Source: Macrostomum lignano (taxonomy: Eukaryota). Taken from it: a stretch of DNA of 64,000 nucleotides. The stretch is from NCBI GenBank assembly GCA_002269645.1, contig NIVC01003985.1:2372-66371 (forward strand), in the 5' to 3' direction. Positions 45,920 to 57,258 of the stretch are shown here, one piece after another; the stretch's first letter is position 1; each line of letters begins with the position of its first letter. The notes under the pieces are model-generated. The model was not told the origin of the DNA. It did not search any database and saw nothing but the letters and a program-made list of their open reading frames with translations. A program made the translations under genes and the position numbers.

Positions 45920-47720
45920 TGCACTCAGTTAATTCGTGGTTAACTACCTTAAATTTCGATCTCGCCTCCGATCTCGGGCGGACCTAGGGGTCTCCTTCTG
46001 GCAGAACTTCTGGGTGTCACAGGCTCGGCTCGAACAGCTGCATGGCTGCCCCGCAGGTCAGGTTGAGCTGCGGCTGCATGGTTGTTCCGGAGCTTTCGAG
46101 CCATTGATTTGATTTCGAGCCACTGTCTTTGCTGGACTCGTAGGGCAACATTCTTCATGACGAAGGCGAAGGGGTACTTCGACGTTGTGTTGACATAGGT
46201 TAGGATGTACTTTCTTCATCCGTCCGTCGGTTCTCCATTGGGGCCTAGGATGTCGATCGTGCATCTCCCAGAGAATTCATAGACCGGAAAGGATTGTACA
46301 TGCGCCGGAATTTGTCGTCGGCCTTTGCTCTGAGCGCAAATCTGGCAAGAGGCGACATACATGTGGTCGGACACTGCTAGGCAGGTCGCCAGAACCTTTT
46401 GCGCATTTTGGCTGTCGTAACGTCTGTTTGTGGACCGTTTGTGTCCGATCACCATCGTCTACGATTACCAGTTGGTCGTAAAACGCTAATACATTTCGCT
46501 CATCTTGAGCAACCCCATTGAGCAAGCGGGGGGTTTCGGTTGTCCATTTTCGAGTAAATTGATCACCATGGCTGAGTCAGCGCGTTGATGAATCTGAAGC
46601 TCCTCGCGGGTGCCTGGCCTCGGGATGTGATCTGTTAAGTTCATTGGTCGGCTTCTTTCGGTCTGAAGCTCCCTCATTAAGAAATTTCTCGAGTCACGAA
46701 GGAAGAGAAGAGAGAAGCTCGCTTATTTAGATACATACAATAATCCTTGCAATATGTCCGGGAAAGTGATCGATTAAATCCCGCAAAATAAAATCTATGT
46801 CAATAACCTCCCTAACTACTTCAACTGGTTTCCGCGATGCTGACGTGCCCGCGAAGGTCGATTATCCTCGGTTGGGCTTTCATCGATGGCTTCGGCGTCA
46901 CTGTCGCTAGACTTGGACTCCTCAATTGATGATGACGAGGAACAGGAGCTGTCTGCGTCGCTGCTGAAGCTCACTTTCTTCTTGAATTTTTGACTGCGAG
47001 CAGGTCGGCAGGGGCCATCTTTTTGACGTAGTGCTGCACTGCTGGCGCTGTGCACGTCGTCTTCTTCAGTTAGTAGGCAGCGGCTCCGTGTAGGGCAACA
47101 TGTCGGGCTACTGAACCTGCTAGGTGACACTTGAGAGTCATAAGAACGGCAAGCTGGTGGCCTCGGTTTAGCTGTCGGCGGGTGCAGCTCTGTCAGCGGC
47201 TTGCTGTCGGCTGTCGGTGTTGCTGGCGGCGTTGCCTCGTCGTTGGACTTTTTATTCTTCGGCTGCTTCCTTTTCTTTCGGCAGTCTGACGTCTTCTTGC
47301 TCGGTGGAGGGCCAAGGTTGTCGCTGTCGTGGATCTTCGGCGCCGGTGGCGCAGGTTGTCGATGCTGGCTGCTACTTTGGTCCTCGTCAGCCTCCTCCAG
47401 GCAGTCGGCGTCGTCTTCTGGCCTTCTTGAGAGACTGTCGGCATTCTGATGCTGTCCTGATTTGCGATGCTGGATCTCAAACAAACTCAAATTCGCTCAG
47501 TATCTTGAGCCATCGTCCGAAGATGGCCATTCGTTGAGTTCTCCTCAGGATCCCAGGTCAGCGCGGAATGGTCGGTCTTGGCCAACAGGTAGAAGTGGAA
47601 ATGTCGCATTCCGTCTACGACTGCCAATAGTTCTTGTGAGGGGAATTCCTGAAATGTCAAGGCTTACGGGGGGAATTACTGAGATGGCAAGGCTTGGGGG
47701 AATTGCTAAGGTATAAAGGC
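45920..47720 (-). mobile_element. Decayed Ty3/Gypsy pol fragment (RNase H end, S/P/K-rich linker, integrase start)
   Basis: FEIQHRKSGQHQNADSLSR motif; YVASCQICAQSK..RCTIDILGP integrase N-terminus. Multiple stops. Confidence 0.75.
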
Positions 47721-48420
47721 TGGAGGTCAGAAGCTGCATGTAGTTTATCTAAAAAAAATTGATTACATTCTTTTTTAGCTTTAAAAAGTTAAATGCTAGG
47801 CTTTCCAACAAAATCTGCCTCTGCATCTTGAAGCAAAAATGCATGTTTTCTTCAAATGCTACTTTACACAACTCTTTTAATTAATGCAATTTAGCAATTC
47901 CAGGTGATAAATCAATTGAATTGCATCACTAATTCATAAAGAGCCTTCTCGTAAAATATACGGATTACTGAAGTGCATTTTTATGATGCATGTATTTTCT
48001 GCATACACTGTGCAATTGTAATCAAATAAAGAGAGCTTTTTATACGAATTTAGCTAAAAAACTTATCTTATTTACATGTAGACAGCGACATTCTAATAAA
48101 GAATTCGGAATCAATTATGATGCACGACGGCTTACAATTTATGCATATCGCGACAGTGTGCAATGGAGAGGATACATATACGCTTAGAATAGCGTTCGCG
48201 ATTCATAAAAGCGACGTAGGACAACCGCTAGAGACAATTTAGATGCCAAACAAATGAGCTCATCGCGTAGTACAACCGCAGATTGCGTGTCCTTATAGAT
48301 GAATAATCGCTTAAATTGCACATCTGCACAAACATATACTCAATTCATAATACATTCGTGCTGTACGTGTCTGATCCAATCATTACACAAGTTAATATGT
48401 TAAGTCTAAAGTCCAGAATA

Positions 48421-50139
48421 TTATCTGCCAGATGGCAGAAATTCAACTCCATCAAACAGGACATTCCCAGATGCGACATACTCGCGCAATCCAGTCTTGG
48501 TCACCTTGCCGGTCGGTCCAGTTGGAAAATGATCCAGAACAGCCCAGTAGCGCGGCACATACGAGACACCGCTTCGGCTTTCACCAATGCTCTGGTCGAT
48601 GCACCACCTAGCCAGCATACCGGAGGTCTCTTCGGGACTCCTGAGCTTGTTGTACGCTGTCTTCAAAATGACACAGGCGGCAATTTCTTCTCCGACTCGC
48701 TCGTCGGGAACGCCGAACACCTGAGCGGCGTGAACTTCGGGATGGCCGAGTAGCACGCGTTCGACGCTGGTTGGTGCAACCTTCTCCGTAGCCAGTATGA
48801 TTAAATCCTTGATACGATTAGTCACTGTTATGTTCCCGAACTCGTCCATGCTGCCGATGTCTCCGGTGCGATACCAACCGGAATCTGTTAGGGCGGCTCT
48901 GATCAGCTCCGGATCGTCCAGGTAGCCGCGCATCACGGAGAAACCGCGAACAAGCACCTCGCCGTCGGTGCCAATCGGCAGGGGCAGCCAACTTCCACGA
49001 TCCGGATCTGCAATCATCACCTCCATGTGGGGAGCTGCCCTGCCCACCGTGTTCTGTCGAATGGTCGGGTTATTATCCGGACCCCAAGGCGGGCAAATTT
49101 CCGAGATCATTAGCGTCTCCGTGCTGCCGTAGTAGTTCACCAGGCACGGTAGAACAGTCATAGCGCGCTCCATCTGCTCGCTGGTCGTTGGCGCTCCCGA
49201 CAGCAGAGCGCTTCGTAGAGTTGCAGGCGGTTTCCCGCCCTTTTGCAGAATGTCGTGCACCAAATGACCGAAAAAGTCACCGCTGGTCACCTGCTCCTCA
49301 GCCAGCGTGTCCAGCAGCCAGACGGCGTTCTCAGCTCCGCGATTTCCTGCAAACGTGTTGGCTGGCGTGGCAACCAGAGTCAGGCCGTCCAATATTGCCA
49401 TTAAAAAGCCGAATGTGCCAACCACGTGGCTTGTTGGTCGATCAGAAAAGAAAATGTCCTCACTGTTTAGCAGGGCGCCTCGAGTTCGGAAGCGAATCGA
49501 ATTAACTAAGGAATGATGCGAATGCGGCACCATCTTCGGCTTGCCTGTGGTACCGGAAGTCAGGTAGATAACAGCTGTCTGATCTGCCGAAATCACTGAC
49601 TGTCTGTCACGCAGCAGCTTCCGCAGCTCGTCATCCAGCTTGTCCGCAGTTTCTTTCCCCCGCTGCACTAGCGAGTCGAAGTCGATTCTCACGGCAAACT
49701 TGTCAACCAGCCACTCTGCCCCAGTCTTGTATATGCCGGAGTTCATGTAGAACAGGGCCTTGCAGTCGGTTCCGTCAGCCAGTCGAATCAAGTCGCTCTG
49801 CTGGCTCGGATGCGCGGACACGATCACCAGGCCGGCCTTGTGCAATCCGGCCAACGTGGCGCAGAACTCCAAACAGTTGGTGCCTAAAACCATCACCAGG
49901 CTGCCCGCGCCCAGCTCCGGTTGGTCCTGTACAATGCGACACGCAATCCCGTCGGCGACCCGATGAAAATCCGCAAAGGTGATCGACTGTCTCGGAGCGT
50001 CGGGTCGGCGGAACACGATCATCTCTTTGTTGGGCGTTTCAGAGGCCCATTTCGGCAGACGGTCGAAGCTTCGCCAGAACTGCAGCGGCTCCTCGGTACT
50101 GCCGTGGCAGTAGCTTTGAGTCAGCTTTGGTATCGGCAT
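48421..50139 (-). CDS. Intronless acyl-CoA synthetase, ACSF2-like (ANL adenylate-forming family), 572 aa
   Basis: N-terminal LTQSYCHG; A3 YLTSGTTGKPK; A5 YYGSTET; WYRTGDIG; RIKDLII; A10 TGKVTK. ATG at 50139 (the track start is TTG). Confidence 0.92.
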   Translation of the reverse strand: MPIPKLTQSYCHGSTEEPLQFWRSFDRLPKWASETPNKEMIVFRRPDAPRQSITFADFHRVADGIACRIVQDQPELGAGSLVMVLGTNCLEFCATLAGLHKAGLVIVSAHPSQQSDLIRLADGTDCKALFYMNSGIYKTGAEWLVDKFAVRIDFDSLVQRGKETADKLDDELRKLLRDRQSVISADQTAVIYLTSGTTGKPKMVPHSHHSLVNSIRFRTRGALLNSEDIFFSDRPTSHVVGTFGFLMAILDGLTLVATPANTFAGNRGAENAVWLLDTLAEEQVTSGDFFGHLVHDILQKGGKPPATLRSALLSGAPTTSEQMERAMTVLPCLVNYYGSTETLMISEICPPWGPDNNPTIRQNTVGRAAPHMEVMIADPDRGSWLPLPIGTDGEVLVRGFSVMRGYLDDPELIRAALTDSGWYRTGDIGSMDEFGNITVTNRIKDLIILATEKVAPTSVERVLLGHPEVHAAQVFGVPDERVGEEIAACVILKTAYNKLRSPEETSGMLARWCIDQSIGESRSGVSYVPRYWAVLDHFPTGPTGKVTKTGLREYVASGNVLFDGVEFLPSGR

Positions 50140-50506
50140 TGTTGATTGTTGGATCAACTGGATTTCTGAGCAAAGATCTGTTTACTTTTGAGGCTGGCTA
50201 GTGCTAAGAACAATGGTTTAATAAGGGTGTACAAACACTCGCAAGCGCTGCACTCGGTAGTTCACACTAAACAAATTGGCACACCGAGTACGCCATATAC
50301 TATCGCAGCTGTCTCTCTTCCTTTCTTTCCATTCTGCTTATCAAGTATTATACTGTACAAGATCTCTTGTTAGCCTCTCTTGCTGCCTCAATGTACAATC
50401 TATTCAACTTTGTGCTAAGAATTGAGAACGAGGCGAGCTGTGAAGGAGAGATCTGTCTGTCACTTATCTGTCAGTCAAGTGAGTTGAACTGAACTGCACA
50501 AAATTT

Positions 50507-50810
50507 TGTCTCTTTGGTGTGTGCCCTGTCTTTTTCGTTGGCGCCTTTAGTCATGGTTGGCGCCCCTGTCTCTTTGGTGGGCGCCCTTGTCTCTTGTTTG
50601 GCGCCCCCGTCACTTGGTTGGCGCCCCTGTATTTTGGTTGGCGCCCCTGTCTCTTTGGTGGGCGCCCCTTGTCTCTTGGTGGGCGCCCCTGTCTCTTGGT
50701 TGGTTGGCGCCCCTGTCTCTTGGTGGGCGCCCCTGTCTCTTTGGTTGGCGCCCCTGTCTCTTGGTTGGCGCCCCTGTCTCTTGGTTGGCGCCCCTGCCTC
50801 TTTGTTGGGT
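50507..50810. repeat. 20-bp GGCGCCCCTGTCTCTTGGT[T/G] minisatellite, about 370 nt upstream of the ACSF2-like gene
   Basis: Same family as 35105-35680 and 54690-55090; shares the tail CTTTGTTGGGTTACCTA[C/G]ATGT with the latter. Confidence 0.88.
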
Positions 50811-51559
50811 TACCTACATGTACTGTATATAAAATTTACCTACTGTATCTTGTATAGTTCCCAAAATCCTAAATGCATGTACAGGTACTTTTGGTCTCAC
50901 ACAAGCTTGTTAATATACTAATATAGATAATTTTAGTGATTTTACACAGATTATAAATGCCGGAGTAAATAGCGGCTTGTTCTAAGAAACCAATCTCACA
51001 AGCTGCCAAGAATGTCGCGACTCCGTGTACAGTATGATTGCAGTGTTACATGAATATGTTAGAGTCTGCTTTGTATTTTCCTTTTCGTTTATTTTTATCA
51101 GCAGCGCATGTGTACCCAGCTTGTACCCGAATTGTATCCTTCATGCAGTGTTTTTAGTTTTATTAATAGCAGTAGATTACGTCATAGATCTTTGTTCCAT
51201 ACAAATTTTATTTGACTACTTTATGATTTTGTAGGTGGTACATCTGCAAAGAGCAGTCTCTTGCACTCTCAGCCAATCACAGCACCGGCCTAGTGGTTGA
51301 TGCGACTGGTTGCTTAGAAAGTTCGTTTGTCAAGGTCGCTTAAATACAACGAGCCTTTAATATTTGCAAACTTATGATATATTTGCAACGAGGGGAGGTG
51401 ACGTCGGAGGGCCACGCTCAACTGCTGCAGCGGCGAACTGCGAGACCAAGCGAGTTCAGCAAAGCGAGCGCCGGCGAGTTGAACGTTGGCCTGAGTGAAA
51501 CTGGCGAGGTCGGCAACGAGGTTCCGCCCGTCGAGCTGCTGCCATCTTTGGCCAATCGG

Positions 51560-52790
51560 ATTTTTCGGAGACCATGAGGCTCACTGACATCTCATCGAGC
51601 CCCAGCCGTTCCACAAGGCACGCTTCGGGTCGGGACGCTGAACTGCCGCACTCTCAAGGACGCCTGTCGGGAGGACTGCTGGCGCATCTAGCGCCCGACC
51701 TTAGATGCAATGTCATCTTGCTGCAATAGGGAATTCATTTGAAGGACCTCGACGCCAGCTCTGGTACATACCAGCGGACCAACTTATCGGACCGCTAATC
51801 GGATCGAGGCTGCAGATGGAGCTGTCGCTACATCTCCCTGTCTGACCGGCTGCTTCGGGTTGACGTCCTGTTTCAACAAATTCGCGGCCGGAACGCTCGC
51901 CTGTTCTGCGCGTACGCACCTCCTGCCACCCGGCCGGATGAGCTCAAGTCTTCTTCGAGCAGCTCTCGACGCGGATGGAGATCACTCAGTGGTTTCCTTG
52001 GAGACCTGAACGCGGTTTTTCATAGGTCCGAGCGTCGTTGTTTGTACATCGGGCGAGAACGGCAACAGCGGAGCGCTGGAGAACTTCCTGGAAAGGCAGG
52101 AAATGGTGTCGGCCAATACATGCTTCCGCGAGCCACCCGGCAGGATCGCGACCTTCGTGGGTTGCAAGCTTGTGCGTCTTCGTGAGTGCCGCAGGCTCTG
52201 CGTCTGCAACCTGCGTGTACGCGATCCGTTTTACCGTCCGCCGAAGCGTCAGTACGCCGAGTACACCGGGATAATTGTGCTGTGGTTAGAGCCGCGGCAG
52301 AGCAAGCAGTCCCGCTCACGCGACTGACCGAAGAGCTGGATCGAGATCGAGAGGATCCGTCTGAGCAGGCGGCCAACTCGCGAGGCGGAGGATCGGCTCT
52401 GGAGGCTGTCCTGTCCACCTGCAGCGTCAGCAGACCTGATGCCAAAGGGAACGTGGCCTCGTCCGCCATCAACGCGACACCGCCAAACGATCTGAGATGC
52501 CATTACCGGCAGATGAGAGTTTCTTCGCGCGGGAAAGCGCTGGGTCCAGCGAGGTCGCAAGTGTGATGAATCACGTGCTTTTCGGTGAGGCGGCACCCAA
52601 CAAATGGACTCACGAGACGTACATGTACATCGTCGCTATTCCGAAGAAGCCGGACACCACACGGCTAGAAGCACATTTGAAAAATCCTCTGGGTTGCTTC
52701 ATGGAGACGCTAACGTCGCTTCTGTTTCTCCTGGTGCTTGACTGGGTGCTGCGGACTGCTTTGCCGGACGCCTAGCTGCTCTGTGGACGC
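51560..52790 (+). mobile_element. Internally deleted non-LTR (RTE-like) retrotransposon: APE endonuclease and RT fragments
   Basis: RVGTLNCRTLK (APE start); FLGDLNAV; MVSANTCFREP; IVAIPKK; LLFLLVLDWVLR (RT). Frameshifts and stops. Confidence 0.8.
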
Positions 52791-54192
52791 TGATCCTATC
52801 AAGGTTTTACAAATTTTGTGCTGAAAAAATGAAAAAGCGCTATAATAGCTCCTTCATTCTCCGTAAAACGTATTTTTTCGCTAAAAATATGTATTCTTAA
52901 AAGTTCCAAGCAGCGTCGTTTCCTGTCCTTCTACTGGGTAGTCCCGTGCAATGATTGTATATGTATAGTCTAAAATTTTATTGTTACATGTATACTGTAT
53001 ATACATGTAATAAATTATATGCATGTTATTTTATAAGCAAATGTATGCGTATTTAAAAATAATTGTACAGTCATTTAAATCAAAGAACGTATCTCAAAGC
53101 AGAACTAAGCTCAATAGCTCATATTATTAGCTTTGCATCGTCACCAGACGCCACATGTAAGTGTTATACTTAATTAGTTGTTAAATGGCTTTAAACGGCT
53201 TAAAACGTTTTCATTACAGTTTCAAACCTAAAATGTTTATTAACATTGTCCGTAATATTCACAGACATGCAAAGAACTCAAAATTTATTTATTAAATCTG
53301 CAGACTAATTGCCCTCTGTTGAGAAAACTTGGCTGATAATTTGTTATACTGATTCAATGAAAAGCTTCTTTAACTACGAATCAAAGCACTCATTCAAAGG
53401 TGGATGAGGCAGGAAAATTGACTTTAATTGCCGCATAGAGAAAAAGCATGTAATTCCCTTTTAATCCTCTTTTAATCCTCCTTTTTAAGGCTCTTTAAAA
53501 AAAGTTATAACTCTAGCTCCTTTTTAGGAAAATTGATTCTGCATTACTTTGAAAAATGAATAGCAAAAAATGTAGCATATCTGTTTCAATAATTAACACT
53601 AATTAAAGTTTTACCAGTAAAAATTATCTACATACTGAGCGAATACGCTCGTACTAGTAGCACAAACAAAACTAAATTGCATACAGCTGTACCTGACTCT
53701 GACTTGTGTTGCTGTTGCTTCCTGTGGACCCTCGGCCTGAATGAGCCAGTGACCTGTGTGGTCTAGCGGTGTGAGTCAAGTTTATTATATTTTAATATTT
53801 TTTGTTCATAATTATTGTATCAGAACATTGTTAAATTGTTATAATTAAAAAATGAAAGTTTTTTAAAGGATTAAAAATATTAAGATTATTTTGTATATAT
53901 CATCAGATCATATATGTTATATGCAATTAAACCATATATTATTATACCACAAAAATTTTCTTAATCTTTAAATTTTATAAAATGTTTCTTGATAAAGAAT
54001 GAATAACAAAAGTTTTATCTCACAGGATTGAAAATATATTTTGTATTTTCACAATCAGAAGAAAGAAAACTTCATGTTTTCTGTAATTTCAATTTCAGAG
54101 TAGTTTATATAATAATTTCCATTAGTATTTGCAAATATTACTCAACAGGAACAAAGTCCAACAATCGCTCCAAAGAAGTTGCACACCGGGAA

Positions 54193-55470
54193 ATGCTGGC
54201 CAACTGCGCTTCTGCAGCTCTGGTTGCCATAGTAACCTGCGTCTCCGCACGTCGCATAGATGGAATGGCAGCGGCGGATCAGCTGTTCCTCTCGGCATCC
54301 TCAGCCACCCGCTGGCACGCAACCCTGTGCGGAGCGGCCGTTGCTGGCCTCCTGAGCTTCGGCGTGCGGGCCCTGCGGCCTCGGGAAGGTCGAACTGGTC
54401 AGGCGGAGACGATGGCGCACTCCCAGCTGGTCAGGCACGCCCTGCTGAACGGTGCGGCGGCGGCGCAGACTTTGGCGGGTGTGGGACTGGCCTGGCTGGC
54501 AGCTCGGTCCGAGGTGAGTCACCTTCTGCTGTAGCAGCAGAAACGGCTAGTGGAGGCAGCGGTTTTGGGAAATTGATCGATAAGAAAGAAAGTTTTCTGT
54601 TACTTTCAGCACTCTAACCTTCAGGACTAGACAAGATTGCGTTTTTGGCATAGCGATATATGAGGTTTGGCCACAGACAAAACCGTGGTGGTGTTGGTGT
54701 GCGCCCCTGTCTGTTGGTTTGCGCCGTGTCTCTTTGGTGGGCGCCCCTGTCTCTTGGTTGGCGCCCCTGTCTCTTGCATGGTTGGCGCCCCTGTCTCTTG
54801 GTTGGCGCCCCTGTCTCTTGCATGGTTGGCGCCCCTGTCGTTTGGTTGGCGCCCCTGTCTCTTGGTGGGCGCCCCTGTCTCTTGGTGAGGGCCCCTGTCT
54901 CTTGGTGAGGGCCCCTGTCTCTTGGTGAGGGCCCCTGTCTCTTGGTGAGGGCCCCTGTCTCTTGGTGAGGGCCCCTGTCTCTTGGTGAGGGCCCCCGTCT
55001 CTTGGTGAGGGCCCCTGTCTCTTGGTGAGGGCCCCTGTCTCTTGGTGAGGGCCCCTGTCTCTTGGTGAGGGCCCCTGTCTCTTTGTTGGGTTACCTAGAT
55101 GTCCTGTCCGAAGAGTTGACTTAAATGTGTCTCCCGCATGATTTGCTCGCAGCCGCCGCACCGTCACGTGACCAGCTGGCACGGCTGCATCGGCATGGCA
55201 GCTTCTCTAGCCCTACTCTGGCAACTGGCTGTCGGCCTGTTCCTCCGCTACTGCCTTCCGGAAGCTTCCAAACGTCGACTTGCAGTGGAATTTCTGCACG
55301 CCATGGGCGGCGGAGCGACGTTCGGTTTGGCGTCAGTTGCGCTTGGTAGCGGCCTCTTCACCGATTGGTTCCTGCGGAGATGCCCGCCTAGCCTGCTATT
55401 GGCTGGCCTGATCTGTCTGTATCTAATTGGCCTGCGGGTTTTCGCGCAAATCTGGGAGCACTATTTTTAG
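54193..55470 (+). CDS. Cytochrome b561 domain protein (CYB561D1/D2-like), exons 54193-54513 and 55153-55470, about 212 aa
   Basis: Donor GAG|GTGAGT at 54514 and acceptor GCAG|CCG at 55152, phase 0. Four heme-ligand His in TM context: RWHATL, VRHALL, TSWHG, FLHAMGG. The start may instead be the later ATG (MAAADQ). Confidence 0.82.
54690..55090. repeat. 20-bp minisatellite in the cytochrome b561 intron, switching from GGCGCCC to GAGGGCCC variant units at about 54885
   Basis: About ten homogeneous CTTGGTGAGGGCCCCTGTCT units at the 3' end. Confidence 0.9.
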
Positions 55471-55924
55471 ATACACGGAATTTCGGTGGCTTGATCTGTT
55501 TTCTTTTTAGAGTGTTAAATCTCCCGATCATTTTTACATAGATTCATTCTTCTGAACTGTACATTTATCGTTCAATTTATTTAACTGAATCTAACAAATT
55601 TTCCGGTGTTAGTTGTTAATCGCATATTTAAATCAAATTAGATAACCTACTTTTGGAAATATTTTAACATTACAAAAAATACAATAAGAAATACATAAAA
55701 ATAAATTTTGTGTTCCTGAAGTTATCGAGTAGTTTCCAATCTAAAAATGTATTATTGGTTAATATAAACAGTCTTTATCATTGCTACACGTATAAAACAT
55801 GTTTATTGACAAATGAATTTAAGCCATAGGCATAATTAAGTTATTAGGTTATAGTTATTACGTTTCTTTTGCACTTTGTCTCTGCTTTAATGGCTTTTTG
55901 AAAATTAACTGCTCTGTTTGTTAG

Positions 55925-55950
55925 TCTCTGTCTGTCTATTTGTTTGTCCA

Positions 55951-56041
<91 letters not shown>

Positions 56042-56052
56042 GCCTGACTGAC

Positions 56053-56125
<73 letters not shown>

Positions 56126-56174
56126 GCCTGACTGACTGTCTGTCTGTCTGTCTGTCTTTCTGTCTGTCTGTCTT

Positions 56175-56209
<35 letters not shown>

Positions 56210-56342
56210 GCCTGTCTGTCTGTCTGCCTGACTGACTGTCTGTATGTCTGTCTGTCTGTCTTTCTGTCTGTCTGTCTGTCCATCTGTCTGTCTGTCTGCC
56301 TGTCTGCCTGACTGACTGTCTGTCTGTCTGTCTGTCTGTCTT

Positions 56343-56383
<41 letters not shown>

Positions 56384-56468
56384 ATTAGAGTCTGTTGGTC
56401 TGTCTGTATTTGTCTGTCCATCTGTCTGTCTGTCTGCCTGACTGACTGTCTGTCTGTCTGTCTGTCTT

Positions 56469-56509
<41 letters not shown>

Positions 56510-56616
56510 ATTAAAGTCTGTTGGTCTGTCTGTATTTGTCTGTCCATCTGTCTGTCTGTCTGCCTGCCTGTCTGGCTGTCTGCCTGTCTGTCTGTCTGTC
56601 TGTCTGTCTGTCTGCC

Positions 56617-56660
<44 letters not shown>
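55925..56660. repeat. (TGTC)n / (GACA)n microsatellite, about 735 bp, with interruptions
   Basis: Tetranucleotide period with recurrent interruption blocks. Confidence 0.97.
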
Positions 56661-57258
56661 AGTTGCTGTAAAAAATTGCTGAAAAAATGAAACAAACTAA
56701 CTTACTCCTATTTTAGTTGAATAACAGTTTCGCGATAATGTGAAATTCCATGTGATCATCTGAAGGTGACATGGTGGTCAAATTCCATTTATACATATAT
56801 TTTGGTAAATATTGTGGTCCCGAGAGTGCTACCATAACTGTTAGCTGACTGAAATGTAATCATGCGTTTCAAATTATTATTTATGCAAATATCATTCCCA
56901 ATAAGTATGAGCCGCTGTCCGCCACACTAAACAACACCCACTGTCATCTGCTACTCTGACCGCGAGCTCCGGATCAATCTGGAAATATCCGCGTCCTTTG
57001 GGATATTCAACCGCCGCCCCCATAATGAGGATCCCATGCGCTATGCGGGGATTAAGCAACACAAGACTGAGATCGTATGCCATGCCATATAAAAGCCTGC
57101 ATGATCCGGAACGCTCCAGTTTAGACTTTGCTCTCTACTGTAGTATAAGCTGTCTGACTCTAACAGTTTACAACCTGAAAGCTTTGGGCCAGAGTCAGTA
57201 GTCTTCATTAAGCGCTATACTCACTTTAGAAGCTGAACAAACCCATTCTCATAAAACT

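Noticed and set aside
55844-56695. 283-aa DRQT-repeat ORF and the opposite-strand CLSV ORF
   Set aside because: Translations of a (GACA)n microsatellite.
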